Shown here piece after piece: positions 27,404 to 37,372 of a stretch of 64,000 bases of DNA (position 1 is the stretch's first letter; each line of letters begins with the position of its first letter). The notes beneath the pieces were generated by a model. That model saw only the letters and a list, made by a program, of their open reading frames with translations, did no database searches and had not been told where the DNA came from. Made by a program: the position numbers and the translations under genes. This DNA comes from an uncultured Lachnospiraceae bacterium (GTDB lineage: Bacteria; Bacillota; Clostridia; Lachnospirales; Lachnospiraceae), in NCBI GenBank assembly GCA_946621195.1, contig CAMOOH010000001.1:1065-65064 (forward strand). Reading direction: 5' to 3'.

Positions 27404-28219
27404 TCAAAGTCTGGACAGCTGTGCCAAAGCCTTATCTCTTATAATGACCGTATAATGCTCATCATAGTACTGCTGTGTGGCATAGGTCACGGGCTCCTCG
27501 GCACCGTACTCCGATATGGTCGAGCACACGGAATGAAAGGCGTGCTTGCCGTTGCCACGGTTCAACATGAGATAATACTTCTTCTTCGTGTTGTCCTTCC
27601 AGACAGTATTTTTCCCGGTATATTCCGGCGTCACGCGATGCGCCGCCTCGATGATCGGCTTGATCGATAAAAATGAAAACACCCTGATCCTGTCATGGAT
27701 ATTGACCGGGGACTTAGCCTTGGATGTCTTCTTTGGCTTACCGAGATTCTGCAGTGCCTCGGAAAGAGGAATAAACTTGGAATCCTCTCCCTCGTCCGAC
27801 TGATCCACGGTCTGCTCATACAAACGGTCAAAGCAATTCACCAGTTCATCAAAATTGAGTGATGTTTCGACCATCTCATCTGCTTCTTCCTCATCCTCCG
27901 ATACATCGCCCACATCTATCACATCCTCAGCGGGAAGATTGAAATTCGAAAACTTCTCATCAAACTCCTGAGGGTTGTCCACCTTTGTGATCACTAAAAC
28001 CAGAGACTCTCTGGATGTCGGTATGGCCTCGATCATCAGCGGAATATCCTCGGCTTCAAATCCAAAATCGATATTTGCCTGCTCCATCATATCACGGAAC
28101 AGCTCCTTGGCACGCTCCGAGCCATATGCCAGCTCACTGATCTTTAAATGCCTTTCAATGAGATCTCTCTTGCTCAAAGTACAGCGAATCTGGTTGTCGG
28201 AGATCCTTTCGATCCTCAT
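27404..28219 (-). CDS. mecA: Adaptor protein MecA family
   Basis: The N-terminus MRIERISDNQIRCTLSKRDL...ELFRDMMEQA...LMIEAIP...LVLVITKV parallels B. subtilis MecA. An acidic linker and a C-terminal domain follow. Confidence 0.8.
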   Translation of the reverse strand: MRIERISDNQIRCTLSKRDLIERHLKISELAYGSERAKELFRDMMEQANIDFGFEAEDIPLMIEAIPTSRESLVLVITKVDNPQEFDEKFSNFNLPAEDVIDVGDVSEDEEEADEMVETSLNFDELVNCFDRLYEQTVDQSDEGEDSKFIPLSEALQNLGKPKKTSKAKSPVNIHDRIRVFSFLSIKPIIEAAHRVTPEYTGKNTVWKDNTKKKYYLMLNRGNGKHAFHSVCSTISEYGAEEPVTYATQQYYDEHYTVIIRDKALAQLSRL

Positions 28220-28263
28220 AAGTCATACCCCCTTTCCGCCTTACCTCAAATTTTGTTACATGA

Positions 28264-28292
28264 AGTATATATGAAAACAGCCTATTAGTCAA
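28264..28292 (-). promoter_or_regulatory. mecA-trpS promoter TTGACT-17-TATACT
   Basis: The minus strand has TTGACT (28292-28287), a 17-nt spacer and TATACT (28269-28264). An AAGGGGG SD precedes the mecA ATG. Confidence 0.55.
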
Positions 28293-28336
28293 GTGAAAAA
28301 TGTCTAAGGATACACTGATAAATTACCCCTATACTC

Positions 28337-29785
28337 TTACCCTGCGGAAAAATCCGCCGATGCCGTCGTCTCGGCAAGCAGACCGCTGTTCAAAAATGTT
28401 GAAGCCGTACTGCCCTCCGGAAGCTCTGTCGTATCAAGCCTCCCGAGAAGCACCGATTTTCTGTGTGCCTCGTTGGACATGGTGTTCCGCATGATCGTGA
28501 TCTCGTTTGAGCTCAGCAGCAGCAGACTCCCCGCCGCCCAGTTGCTCACATAGTCGGTATCCGAGTATGTATAGTTTTTGTTGAGATAAGCATAGTGCCG
28601 TCTTTCCGAGGTCTGTGTGACCATCTCATAGGTCTGCTTGTTGGTCTTTAGATCATTGTAAAACTGATTGGCTACAGCATTGTCCTGAAGTATGAAGGAT
28701 GCTGTCAGACCTCCTACCGTCACCTGTATCTTTGCTCCCCCGTACGGCGTCGGCGCCTGAGATGCAGTGGGTGAGCCTGACGGTCTCACTGTCGCACTTG
28801 CGGAAGGCTTAGCTCCCGATACCGTGGGAGCAGGCGTCATCCCCGAAGGCGTCGGCGACGGTGTCACTCCTGACGGAAGAGGCGTCGGTGTATACCCGGA
28901 AGGACGCGGTGTCATGGTGCCGCCCGGAGTTCTCGTCGGCGCTACCGTAGCTGACGGCGGCGCTGTCGGAAGGGAGCCCCTGACTATGGTCAGGCTGACC
29001 ACTCCGGTACCCAGGGTCTCCTTAAGTCCGGCCGGATTGACCACCCTGCCGAGGCGTGTATATGCGTACCCGCTCGTATGGTCTGCATACGTAAGCTCAT
29101 ATCTGACATTGCCGAAAAGCATAAAATCCCCTGCCGTCAGGGTCGCGGGCTTGTACTCGTCCATCGCGTATATTATATCTGTTTCCATTGCGGTCTTTGT
29201 ATTTGAATTTGAATCGGTCATATACAAAACCTTGGGAAGAGAATCATACAGCTGCTTTCCGGGAGCGTTGTTGAGTATGCTCAATCCGAATTGCGCAGGC
29301 TTTGTGCCGTTTACCAGTATGATCGCCTGCAGCTCGCCTGTCAGGTTATCAGTCGCAGCCGCTGATACGGAAGCTGCTGCCTCAGTCTCCTCAGGCTCAT
29401 CGGTCTCATCACCGGGCACCTTTATCCTGACCCACACTGTCTTGGTCTTAGTCTTTTTCTTTGACTTGCAGGTGACCTTTGCCTTGATCTTGGTCTTACC
29501 CTCAGACTTGGCGGTGATAAAGCCCTTCTTGGTAACCTTTGCGATCGACTTGTCATTTGAAGAAAACTTGACGGTCGTAGTGCCGAACGCATTGTCTATG
29601 CGCACATTTAACTGGCGCTTTTTGCCCTTTTCGAGGGTATACGTTTTAGACGTAACATATTTATCCACAATGATAAGCCTGACACTCAGCGCACTTCCCG
29701 CCGTTGCCTTGCCGGTATATCCCAAAAGGCTCATCACAAGACATATACAAAGCATGATCGCCACGCGACGTTTCCTTGGTCCCAT
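28337..29785 (-). CDS. Secreted protein: signal peptide, Big_2 Ig-like domain, two cyclophilin-like-fold domains separated by a Pro/Thr/Ser linker
   Basis: The ATG at 29785 has a GGAGGA SD and is followed by a signal peptide. The Big_2 pattern is KFSSNDKSIAKVTKKGFITAKSEGKTKIKAKV. Two domains end in ...YAYTRLGRVVNPAGLKETLGTG and ...SVLLGRLD, resembling the cyclophilin-like family. The linker is 75 aa and PT-rich. Confidence 0.72.
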   Translation of the reverse strand: MGPRKRRVAIMLCICLVMSLLGYTGKATAGSALSVRLIIVDKYVTSKTYTLEKGKKRQLNVRIDNAFGTTTVKFSSNDKSIAKVTKKGFITAKSEGKTKIKAKVTCKSKKKTKTKTVWVRIKVPGDETDEPEETEAAASVSAAATDNLTGELQAIILVNGTKPAQFGLSILNNAPGKQLYDSLPKVLYMTDSNSNTKTAMETDIIYAMDEYKPATLTAGDFMLFGNVRYELTYADHTSGYAYTRLGRVVNPAGLKETLGTGVVSLTIVRGSLPTAPPSATVAPTRTPGGTMTPRPSGYTPTPLPSGVTPSPTPSGMTPAPTVSGAKPSASATVRPSGSPTASQAPTPYGGAKIQVTVGGLTASFILQDNAVANQFYNDLKTNKQTYEMVTQTSERRHYAYLNKNYTYSDTDYVSNWAAGSLLLLSSNEITIMRNTMSNEAHRKSVLLGRLDTTELPEGSTASTFLNSGLLAETTASADFSAG

Positions 29786-29889
29786 ATCAAATCCTCCATG
29801 CTCCAATCATTCATATCTATATCGGCATATTAATTCTAATATATAACCGTGTCATTTTTCAAACGAAGGTAGATTTTTTTAAAAAATTG

Positions 29890-29898
29890 TGATATACT
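29890..29898 (+). promoter_or_regulatory. Extended -10 element TGaTATACT 7 nt upstream of the mnmA ATG (leaderless candidate)
   Basis: TGA at 29890-29892 and TATACT at 29893-29898. Only TAGATT is present at the -35 position. There is no SD before the ATG at 29906. Confidence 0.4.
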
Positions 29899-29905
29899 TC
29901 TGTTC

Positions 29906-30994
29906 ATGAAAAATAAATCCGTGCTTATGGCAATGAGCGGTGGCGTTGACAGCTCTGTCGCGGCGCTGACTCTGCTGAAAATGGGATATACCGTCGAGGG
30001 AGCCACCATGCGTCTGTATAGGTGGGATGCTTCATATCGCCCAAAAACAAGGACCTGCTGCACCGACCGCGACCTAAGCGACGCATCGGAGGTCGCCGCT
30101 GCCCTTGACATCCCCTACAGCATCATCGACCTCGAGGCAGACTTTCGCCGCGATGTCATAGATAAATTTGTACGTGTATACGAAAACGGCGGCACACCAA
30201 ACCCATGCATCGACTGCAACAGATATCTGAAGTTCGACAAGCTTTTGGAATATGCCAAAAGCCACTCGCACGACTATATAGCAACAGGTCACTACGCGAG
30301 GATAGCCTATGATGCCGCGACCGGCCGCTATCTTCTGAAAAGATCCGCCGATCCCTCAAAGGATCAGACCTATGTGCTCTACAACCTGACTCAGGACGAT
30401 CTCTCCCACACGCTGTTTCCGCTCGGAGACATGACCAAGGAGGAGACCAGAGCCATAGCAAGGGAACACGAGCTTGTAAACTCCGAAAAGGCCGACAGTC
30501 AGGATATATGCTTCATCCCGGACGGCGACTACGCGGGCTTTATCGAGCGCTATAAAGAAAAAAAATACCCCGAAGGCTCCTATCTTGATACCGACGGAAA
30601 CATCATAGGTACACATGCGGGCGCCATACGCTACACCATCGGTCAGCGAAAGGGCTTAAACATTGCGTTCGGAACGCCTATGTATGTAGCGGATAAGGAC
30701 ATGCGGCAAAACACTGTCACCCTTACTCCAAACGAGAGTGATATATTCGGGACTACCCTCACGGCATGCGACCTGAACTGGATCCCGTTTGACAAGCCGG
30801 ACCTTCCGCTAAGGGTCACTGCAAAGCACCGCTACCGTGCAAAGGAAGCGGCGTGCACCATATACCCCGACACGGCTGATACGGTGAAGGTCATCTTTGA
30901 TGAGCCGCAGCGCGCCATGACCCCGGGACAGGCTATAGTATTCTACGACTCCGATCTCGTTGTCGGGGGCGGCACCATACTCTCGGTCGACTGA
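29906..30994 (+). CDS. mnmA: tRNA 2-thiouridine(34) synthase
   Basis: PP-loop AMSGGVDSSVAA, catalytic-Cys regions (NPCIDCN, DSQDICF), 362 aa. Confidence 0.93.
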   Translation: MKNKSVLMAMSGGVDSSVAALTLLKMGYTVEGATMRLYRWDASYRPKTRTCCTDRDLSDASEVAAALDIPYSIIDLEADFRRDVIDKFVRVYENGGTPNPCIDCNRYLKFDKLLEYAKSHSHDYIATGHYARIAYDAATGRYLLKRSADPSKDQTYVLYNLTQDDLSHTLFPLGDMTKEETRAIAREHELVNSEKADSQDICFIPDGDYAGFIERYKEKKYPEGSYLDTDGNIIGTHAGAIRYTIGQRKGLNIAFGTPMYVADKDMRQNTVTLTPNESDIFGTTLTACDLNWIPFDKPDLPLRVTAKHRYRAKEAACTIYPDTADTVKVIFDEPQRAMTPGQAIVFYDSDLVVGGGTILSVD

Positions 30995-31227
30995 CGCTCC
31001 TTTTCCTCGTACTCTGCCTTTCCCTTAAGGTAGGTGTTGATCTTCTCGACCATCTCATCGACATCAAGCCCGTGTACCACACACGCCTCTGCGAGGGACT
31101 CTCCGGCAGACGCAGGACAACCTATACACTCCATCCCGCTCGCCATCAGTATCGGCGCTATCGTCATGTCAAGATCAAACAGCTCTTTTATCGTCATTTC
31201 CTTTGTTATTGTCTTAAACTCAGGCAT
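30943..31227 (-). CDS. DUF1858 / hybrid-cluster-protein-associated redox disulfide domain protein
   Basis: ITKEMTIKELFDLD...SGMECIGCPASAGESLAEACVVHGLDVDEMV with a CxxC motif. The 3' end overlaps the convergent mnmA gene by 52 nt. Confidence 0.75.
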   Translation of the reverse strand: MPEFKTITKEMTIKELFDLDMTIAPILMASGMECIGCPASAGESLAEACVVHGLDVDEMVEKINTYLKGKAEYEEKERQSTESMVPPPTTRSES

Positions 31228-31239
31228 ACCGTTCCTCCG

Positions 31240-33165
31240 TCACGATGCACTCTTCTCAAACCAGTTCGAAAGCTCCTCCATCGGGATGGGCTTCGAATAC
31301 TTGTACCCCTGGAGATATCTTGCACTCATCCTGATGCACTTTTGCTCATCCTGCTCAGTTTCCACGCCCTCATACAAAACAGAATAATCCATTGCCGAAA
31401 ACATCCTTGCCAGATGCGTCACCATCTTCTCTGACTTCTCATCCGAGCCGCAGGCAATGACCAGCGATCTGTCAAACTTGATGATATCAAACGGCAGCTC
31501 CATGATCCTCTCAAAGTTGGAATAGCCCGTTCCGAAATCATCCAGATAGAACTTGATGCCGTCGCCCTTTAGCTCCTCGATACGATTTTTCACAGCCATG
31601 AACTCGCTCTCGTTTTGGCTTTCCGTTATCTCTATCGCGATCTTGTCATGGGGTATCCCGACATCGTTTATTATGCCGTTGATATCATCGCAAAAGCCGG
31701 GATCCTTCAGCTCTCCCACGGAAAAATTCACCGATATACGCTGCACATTATAGCCCTGTCCCATAAGCTTTTTGATCCTGATACAGGTCTTGAACAATAT
31801 GATACGGCTAAGCGCGTGTATGCAGCCGTGCTCCTCGGCTATCGGGATAAAAACATCGGGAAATACCATGCCTGTGTCCGGCAGCCTCATACGCATAAGC
31901 GCTTCCGCGGTATCATATTTGCCGGTCGCTATATTGAGCACGGGCTGGCAGTATACCTCTACACGCGGATCGTTCAGGTTGCCCTGCTTCTTGATATCCT
32001 CTATCTGCGACAGGACATAGTTCATCTTGTTGAAGTCCGCGACCTCCTTTTCGCCCACAATGCAGACTGTGTTTAAGTCCATCTTCCTTTCCAAAAACAT
32101 GATCATTTTTATGTAATCATGCTTCTCGGATATCTCATCATAGGTCTTCATAAAGACTATCTTATAGTCGAGATGAAACCTCGGATATTCCGCATAAAAG
32201 TGCTCTAGCATCTCGTCAGCTCCCAACTTGTAGTCGGGATTTTTCTTCGGATCTACGGAAAGTATCATACGCCCCGAGGATATCTGAAAGAGGACGGCAT
32301 TTTTGAAAAACCTGTGGGTAAAGCCTCTTATCAGCTCCTGCACCTCCTTCGGATAGTGCTTGCCCGTACCCTCAAACTCGGGCATATATAAGCTCATAAG
32401 GATCATGGTCTTTTGCTTATTATTTATATATGTGATCATATCCTCGAAGGCTGTCACATTCACCGCGCCGATCTCTATATTGTACGGGTTGGAGTGTATC
32501 ATGTACAAAAGCGTGATGACAGGGAAAAGAAAGCAACTCGCCGTAAACGAGACCTGATTGTGACTTCCCTGCACGCCCATGACGGTCATGGATATCAAAA
32601 AGCTTCCGAGTATGGCATAGAGTATCTGCTTCACCATCCTACCCTTGTAATAGAGCAGCAAAAACGCTATGATACCCACAAAGAAGACATAGGCTATGGC
32701 AAAGAAAAATGAAAAGCCCGAGTGTATGGTTTTTCCGTCGATATAAAAGCCGAACCTAAAAACCGTTCCCAATATATCATATAAGGAAAACCCGATCAGT
32801 CCTATAGTTGATACCAGTATGTATTTCCTGCCCGTGACATAATCGAGCTGCAAAGGCTCCATGACATAAAACACATATAAATAAAGATATATGAAAAATG
32901 CGATATGCTGAGTTCCCCGGGAAATGTAGATATAAATGGAATCGACAGTCCCCACATAATTGGTGAGCATGTGATAGACGATACTGCCCACCGCCCCTGC
33001 CATAAGGCACACTATCATCCCCTGAAGAAGGGAATAGTTTTTGCTCCTGACATTGTAGGCGACCTTCATCAATATCAAAAAAACAAGACATGTTGCAAGT
33101 ACAACTATATCTCCGACCGGGGTATAATTCTCATAATAATAGACAACATCATTAAGTCTTTCCAT
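31240..33165 (-). CDS. Membrane EAL-domain c-di-GMP phosphodiesterase with degenerate GGDEF-like middle domain
   Basis: About 7 TM segments, EALMR, DDFGTGYSNF and EGVETEQD. A GGAGGTGA SD precedes the ATG at 33165. Confidence 0.85.
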   Translation of the reverse strand: MERLNDVVYYYENYTPVGDIVVLATCLVFLILMKVAYNVRSKNYSLLQGMIVCLMAGAVGSIVYHMLTNYVGTVDSIYIYISRGTQHIAFFIYLYLYVFYVMEPLQLDYVTGRKYILVSTIGLIGFSLYDILGTVFRFGFYIDGKTIHSGFSFFFAIAYVFFVGIIAFLLLYYKGRMVKQILYAILGSFLISMTVMGVQGSHNQVSFTASCFLFPVITLLYMIHSNPYNIEIGAVNVTAFEDMITYINNKQKTMILMSLYMPEFEGTGKHYPKEVQELIRGFTHRFFKNAVLFQISSGRMILSVDPKKNPDYKLGADEMLEHFYAEYPRFHLDYKIVFMKTYDEISEKHDYIKMIMFLERKMDLNTVCIVGEKEVADFNKMNYVLSQIEDIKKQGNLNDPRVEVYCQPVLNIATGKYDTAEALMRMRLPDTGMVFPDVFIPIAEEHGCIHALSRIILFKTCIRIKKLMGQGYNVQRISVNFSVGELKDPGFCDDINGIINDVGIPHDKIAIEITESQNESEFMAVKNRIEELKGDGIKFYLDDFGTGYSNFERIMELPFDIIKFDRSLVIACGSDEKSEKMVTHLARMFSAMDYSVLYEGVETEQDEQKCIRMSARYLQGYKYSKPIPMEELSNWFEKSAS

Positions 33166-33194
33166 ACGCCATCACCTCCATGTCAGCGTTGAAT

Positions 33195-34691
33195 TCAGGG
33201 CTCACCCATTATGAGCGCCGCGCGGATCGCTTTTTTCCATCCCTTTAGCCTGCTCTCCCGCTCATCTTCCTTGATCTGCGGTTCAAATGTACGATCCACA
33301 CTCAGGTTTGCGATTATCTCGGCTTCATTTTTCCAATAGCCCACAGACAGTCCAGCCAGGTATGCCGCTCCTATTGCCGTGCTCTCCAGCATGCGCGGTC
33401 TGACGACCTGTGTATCAATGATATCCGCCTGTGCCTGCATCAAAAAATCGTTGGCACTGGCTCCTCCGTCGACCCTTAGGGAGCTTATCTTTATCCCGGA
33501 ATCCGCCTCCATTGCCTCCAGGACATCATGCGTCTGATAGGCTATGGACTCCAAAGTCGCGCGAACTATATGATACTTGTTGACCCCTCTTGTAAGCCCG
33601 ACGATGGTTCCCCTTGCGTACTGGTTCCAGTAGGGTGCACCCAGTCCCGTAAATGCCGGTACCACGTAGCAGCCCTCGGTATCGGGATACTTCATCGCCA
33701 TGTACTCCGTATCGTCTGCCGCGTCTATCAGACGAAGCTCATCCCTTAACCACTGTATCGCAGCGCCCGCTATAAAAATAGACCCCTCCAGGGCATAATT
33801 TACTTCTCCGTCAACTCCCCACGCGATCGTCGTCACAAGACCGTTTTCGGAAAACACGGGCCTGGTACCGGTGTTCATCAGCAAAAAGCAGCCCGTACCG
33901 TAGGTATTTTTGGCATCACCCTTTTTGAAACAGGTCTGTCCGAACAATGCCGCCTGCTGATCTCCCGCTATGCCCGCGATCCTTATACGTCCTCCCAGAT
34001 ACTTCGGATCCGTCCTTCCGTACACCTCGCTCGAGGGTCTGACCTCGGGCATCATCCTGAGCGGTATATCGAGCTCGCCGAGTATATCCTCATCCCACGT
34101 AAGAGAATTGATGTTAAACATCATGGTTCGTGACGCATTCGAGTAATCCGTCACATGCACACGTCCTCTTGTCAGCTTCCATATAAGCCATGTGTCGACC
34201 GTACCGAAGCACAGCTCTCCTGCCCTTGCCCTGTTTCTGGCTCCCTCGACGTTATCAAGCAGCCACTTAAGCTTTGTCGCGGAAAAATAGGCGTCTATCA
34301 CAAGCCCGGTCTTCATACGGATCTCGTCGGTCAGTCCTCTCTCCCTTAGCCTGTCACAAAACTCGGACGTCCTGCGGCACTGCCACACTATAGCATTGTA
34401 TATGGGCTCACCTGTTTTTTTATCCCATACTATTGTCGTCTCTCTCTGATTGGTGATACCGATACCCGCGATGTCGTCCGCGCTTACCCCCGCCTTGGTC
34501 ATCGCCTCCACGGCTACTCCAAGCATGGTCGACCATATCTCGTCCGGATCGTGCTCGACCCAGCCCGGCTTCGGAAAATACTGGGTAAACTCCTTCTGTG
34601 CAAGTGCGACGATGCGTCCGTTTTTATCGAATAAGATACATCTGTTGCTGGTCGTCCCCGCATCCAGAGCCATCATATACTTTTTTGCCAT
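33195..34691 (-). CDS. glpK: Glycerol kinase
   Basis: FGGY kinase blocks ([35 protein letters not shown]), 498 aa. A GGAGG SD lies inside the end of the upstream gene. Confidence 0.95.
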   Translation of the reverse strand: MAKKYMMALDAGTTSNRCILFDKNGRIVALAQKEFTQYFPKPGWVEHDPDEIWSTMLGVAVEAMTKAGVSADDIAGIGITNQRETTIVWDKKTGEPIYNAIVWQCRRTSEFCDRLRERGLTDEIRMKTGLVIDAYFSATKLKWLLDNVEGARNRARAGELCFGTVDTWLIWKLTRGRVHVTDYSNASRTMMFNINSLTWDEDILGELDIPLRMMPEVRPSSEVYGRTDPKYLGGRIRIAGIAGDQQAALFGQTCFKKGDAKNTYGTGCFLLMNTGTRPVFSENGLVTTIAWGVDGEVNYALEGSIFIAGAAIQWLRDELRLIDAADDTEYMAMKYPDTEGCYVVPAFTGLGAPYWNQYARGTIVGLTRGVNKYHIVRATLESIAYQTHDVLEAMEADSGIKISSLRVDGGASANDFLMQAQADIIDTQVVRPRMLESTAIGAAYLAGLSVGYWKNEAEIIANLSVDRTFEPQIKEDERESRLKGWKKAIRAALIMGEP

Positions 34692-34697
34692 ATCAGA

Positions 34698-35459
34698 TCA
34701 GCCTCCGTACAACTCCTTCACCTCATCGGTGTATATCCCTTTACCCTCATATATGACAAGCGGCTTCTCGACCACCATCCCTGATCTGGCTCCCCGCACG
34801 CCCTCGATGAGCACCATGTTCGGCTCCCTGTCAGCATACGGATAGACAAGCCTGAGTCTCTTGGGCTCTGATCCCGCCTCACACATCCTCTGTATGATCT
34901 CGGTCAGTCTGAACGGTCTGTGCACCATGAAAAAATGTCCCCCGGACACCAAAGCCTTGGTCCCGGCGCGCACGACATCCTCCAGCGTTGCGCATATCTC
35001 ATGTCTTGCTATCGCCTTGTGATCGGCAGGGTTTATCAGTCCTCCCGTCTCGCTTAAGTATGGCGGATTGCACGTGATGACATCCATGGTAGAGGGCTTC
35101 ACATGCTCCGACAGCTCCCTGATGTCACCGTTTATGATGGTTATCCGATCAGACAGGGCATTGTACTCCACGCTCCTTGCCGCCATGTCCGCTATGTCGG
35201 ACTGCAGCTCGATCCCGGTAAAATGAGCACCCTCGCTTCTCGCCGACAAAAGCAGGGGTATTACTCCGTTGCCGGTGCACAGATCAAGACATCTGTCTCC
35301 CCTGGATATATGCGCAAACGCCGACAAAAGCACTGCGTCCATCCCAAAGCAGAACCACTCCGGATTCTGTATGATCATCAGACCATCACGCTGCAGATCG
35401 TCCAGACGTTCACCCGGTTTTAAATACTCACTCATCAAGCTTTGACTTTCTTTCATCAC
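34698..35459 (-). CDS. tRNA1(Val) (adenine(37)-N6)-methyltransferase-like SAM methyltransferase (YabB/TrmN6 family)
   Basis: SAM-binding CLDLCTGNGVIPLLL, the NPPY motif (TCNPPYL), and a position after yaaT that matches B. subtilis yabB. Confidence 0.8.
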   Translation of the reverse strand: MMKESQSLMSEYLKPGERLDDLQRDGLMIIQNPEWFCFGMDAVLLSAFAHISRGDRCLDLCTGNGVIPLLLSARSEGAHFTGIELQSDIADMAARSVEYNALSDRITIINGDIRELSEHVKPSTMDVITCNPPYLSETGGLINPADHKAIARHEICATLEDVVRAGTKALVSGGHFFMVHRPFRLTEIIQRMCEAGSEPKRLRLVYPYADREPNMVLIEGVRGARSGMVVEKPLVIYEGKGIYTDEVKELYGG

Positions 35460-36339
35460 GATCCATCTGCTCGAGTTTTTCTATCTCCTTGTCATGCTTG
35501 TCCTTTATCTGCTCTCTGGGACCTCTGTGCTTAAAGCTCAGCTCCTTCACATCGTACTCTCTTATCTCACGCTCATCATTGTCCATATCGACTATCACGC
35601 GGACTCTCTGCTTGAGCACGCCCACGCTTGCGACCTCGCCCTTGAGCCCCTCGGGAGTCCTCACCCTCTCACCAACATTGGGAAGATGCGAGTTCAGCTC
35701 CTCATACGCCAGCTCCTCATTTTTAAGACAACACATAAGTCTTCCGCACACACCTGATATCTTGCTGGGGTTGAGCGAGAGCGACTGCTCCTTTGCCATC
35801 TTGATGGAGACGGGCGCAAACTCGGAAAGATAGCTGTTGCAGCAAAGCTCCCTGCCGCAGATGCCGATACCGCCGCATATCTTGGTCTCATCGCGGACAC
35901 CTATCTGGCGAAGCTCTATCCTCGTCCTGAACACTCCCGCAAGATCCTTTACAAGCTCCCTGAAGTCGACTCTTCCGTCTGCCGTAAAGTAAAACAACAG
36001 CTTGTTGCGGTCAAAGGTATACTCCGCTCCGATCAGCTTCATCTCCAGACCGTGTCTTGCTATCTTGGTCTTGCATATATCGAAGGCTTCCTTCTCCTTC
36101 TCCCGGTTTTCCTTTTCCTTTTCCTTGTCATTTTCATTGGCGATGCGGATTATCTTCTTTACAGTGTCCTTAAGCTTTTCCTCTTCCATTTCGGTATTGG
36201 GAAGAATGACGGTTCCCATCTCGGTACCCTTGGCAGTACTTACTATGACATGTTCACCTCTTGCCAGCTCCTTACCCGCAGGATCAAAATAATAGACCTT
36301 ACCCGCCTGTCTGAACCTGACACCTACAACAGTTTTCAT
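35428..36339 (-). CDS. yaaT: PSP1 domain protein (stage 0 sporulation protein YaaT/RicT family)
   Basis: PSP1 core with the Cys cluster ICGGIGICGRELCCNSYL...CGRLMCCL, plus holB-yaaT synteny. Confidence 0.88.
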   Translation of the reverse strand: MKTVVGVRFRQAGKVYYFDPAGKELARGEHVIVSTAKGTEMGTVILPNTEMEEEKLKDTVKKIIRIANENDKEKEKENREKEKEAFDICKTKIARHGLEMKLIGAEYTFDRNKLLFYFTADGRVDFRELVKDLAGVFRTRIELRQIGVRDETKICGGIGICGRELCCNSYLSEFAPVSIKMAKEQSLSLNPSKISGVCGRLMCCLKNEELAYEELNSHLPNVGERVRTPEGLKGEVASVGVLKQRVRVIVDMDNDEREIREYDVKELSFKHRGPREQIKDKHDKEIEKLEQMDRDERKSKLDE

Positions 36340-36366
36340 CCGTAGTTCCTCTCTGAATTTATTTCA

Positions 36367-37359
36367 TTATTCCTTCATGGTGGCAAACATAAGCTCCATT
36401 GTCACCTCAACATTTACATTTGCCTTTATCCTGACCTTTGCCTTGTCAAATCCCTGTATGATCTCCTCGATCTTCTCATAGGATCTGTGCTGCGCCTCAT
36501 AGGCTATTGCCTGTGACTCATTCTGAAAAATGAGCTGGTTGATGTTTTTCGTTGCCTTAAAAATGAGCACATCCCTGTACCACAGCATCATCAGGTCTAT
36601 GTAGTCCCTCAGCTCCTCCTTCTTGGCTCCGAGACTCATCGCTGACTCGACCATATCGACCACATCAAGCCTGTCAACATTTTTGAGTACCTCCAGGATC
36701 TTATTTTTCCGGGAGACAAACTCATCCGAGGCATCGGCATACCTGATCGCCTTGCCTATGTTGCCCTGCGCGAAGGCGGCGCTCTCCTTTGCTATATAAT
36801 CGGGCGTCTGGCACTGCGTGATCAAAAACTCCTCTACAGTCCCGGTGCTCAGCGGATGGAACTCCATCACAAGACATCTGGAGAGCACAGTCGGCAAAAG
36901 CTCTGATATATTGCTTGTCAAAAGGATGAACACCGCGTACTCGGGCGGCTCCTCCAACGTTTTTAAAAGAGCGTTCTGCGACTCCTCCCTGAGTCTCTCC
37001 GCTTCAGGAATGATATATACCTTATACGGGGCTGAGTAGGGGCGGATATCCACAGTTCCGATGACCTGCTCCCTTATCTCATCCACGCCGTAATCCGTCT
37101 TGGCGCGCGTGACCCATATCACATCAGGTGAGCTCATGGACTCGACCTGCCTGCACGATATACACTCCTTGCAGGGCTTGTCGTGACCGTGCGAGTCCTG
37201 ACACAGAAGACCGGCGGCAAAGGTCTTTGCCATCGTCTCCTTGCCCACTCCGACATCTCCGTCAAAGATATATGCGTGGAAAGGATTCTTCTTTTTGATC
37301 GCCTCTTCAAGATGAGACTTTATCTCTTCATGTCCGACTATCTCTGAAAATGCAAACAT
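36367..37359 (-). CDS. holB: DNA polymerase III subunit delta'
   Basis: HAYIFDGDVGVGKETMAKTFAAGLLC, the zinc module CKECISCRQV, LLKTLEEPP, 330 aa. Confidence 0.88.
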   Translation of the reverse strand: MFAFSEIVGHEEIKSHLEEAIKKKNPFHAYIFDGDVGVGKETMAKTFAAGLLCQDSHGHDKPCKECISCRQVESMSSPDVIWVTRAKTDYGVDEIREQVIGTVDIRPYSAPYKVYIIPEAERLREESQNALLKTLEEPPEYAVFILLTSNISELLPTVLSRCLVMEFHPLSTGTVEEFLITQCQTPDYIAKESAAFAQGNIGKAIRYADASDEFVSRKNKILEVLKNVDRLDVVDMVESAMSLGAKKEELRDYIDLMMLWYRDVLIFKATKNINQLIFQNESQAIAYEAQHRSYEKIEEIIQGFDKAKVRIKANVNVEVTMELMFATMKE

Positions 37360-37372
37360 AGTCTCTCCCTTC

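Noticed and set aside
28767-29846. 359-aa + strand ORF antisense to the secreted Big_2/cyclophilin-like gene
   Set aside because: The frame is kept open by the antisense of the Pro/Thr/Ser-rich linker and biased codons. The product is G/V/P/S low complexity. There is no SD or promoter.
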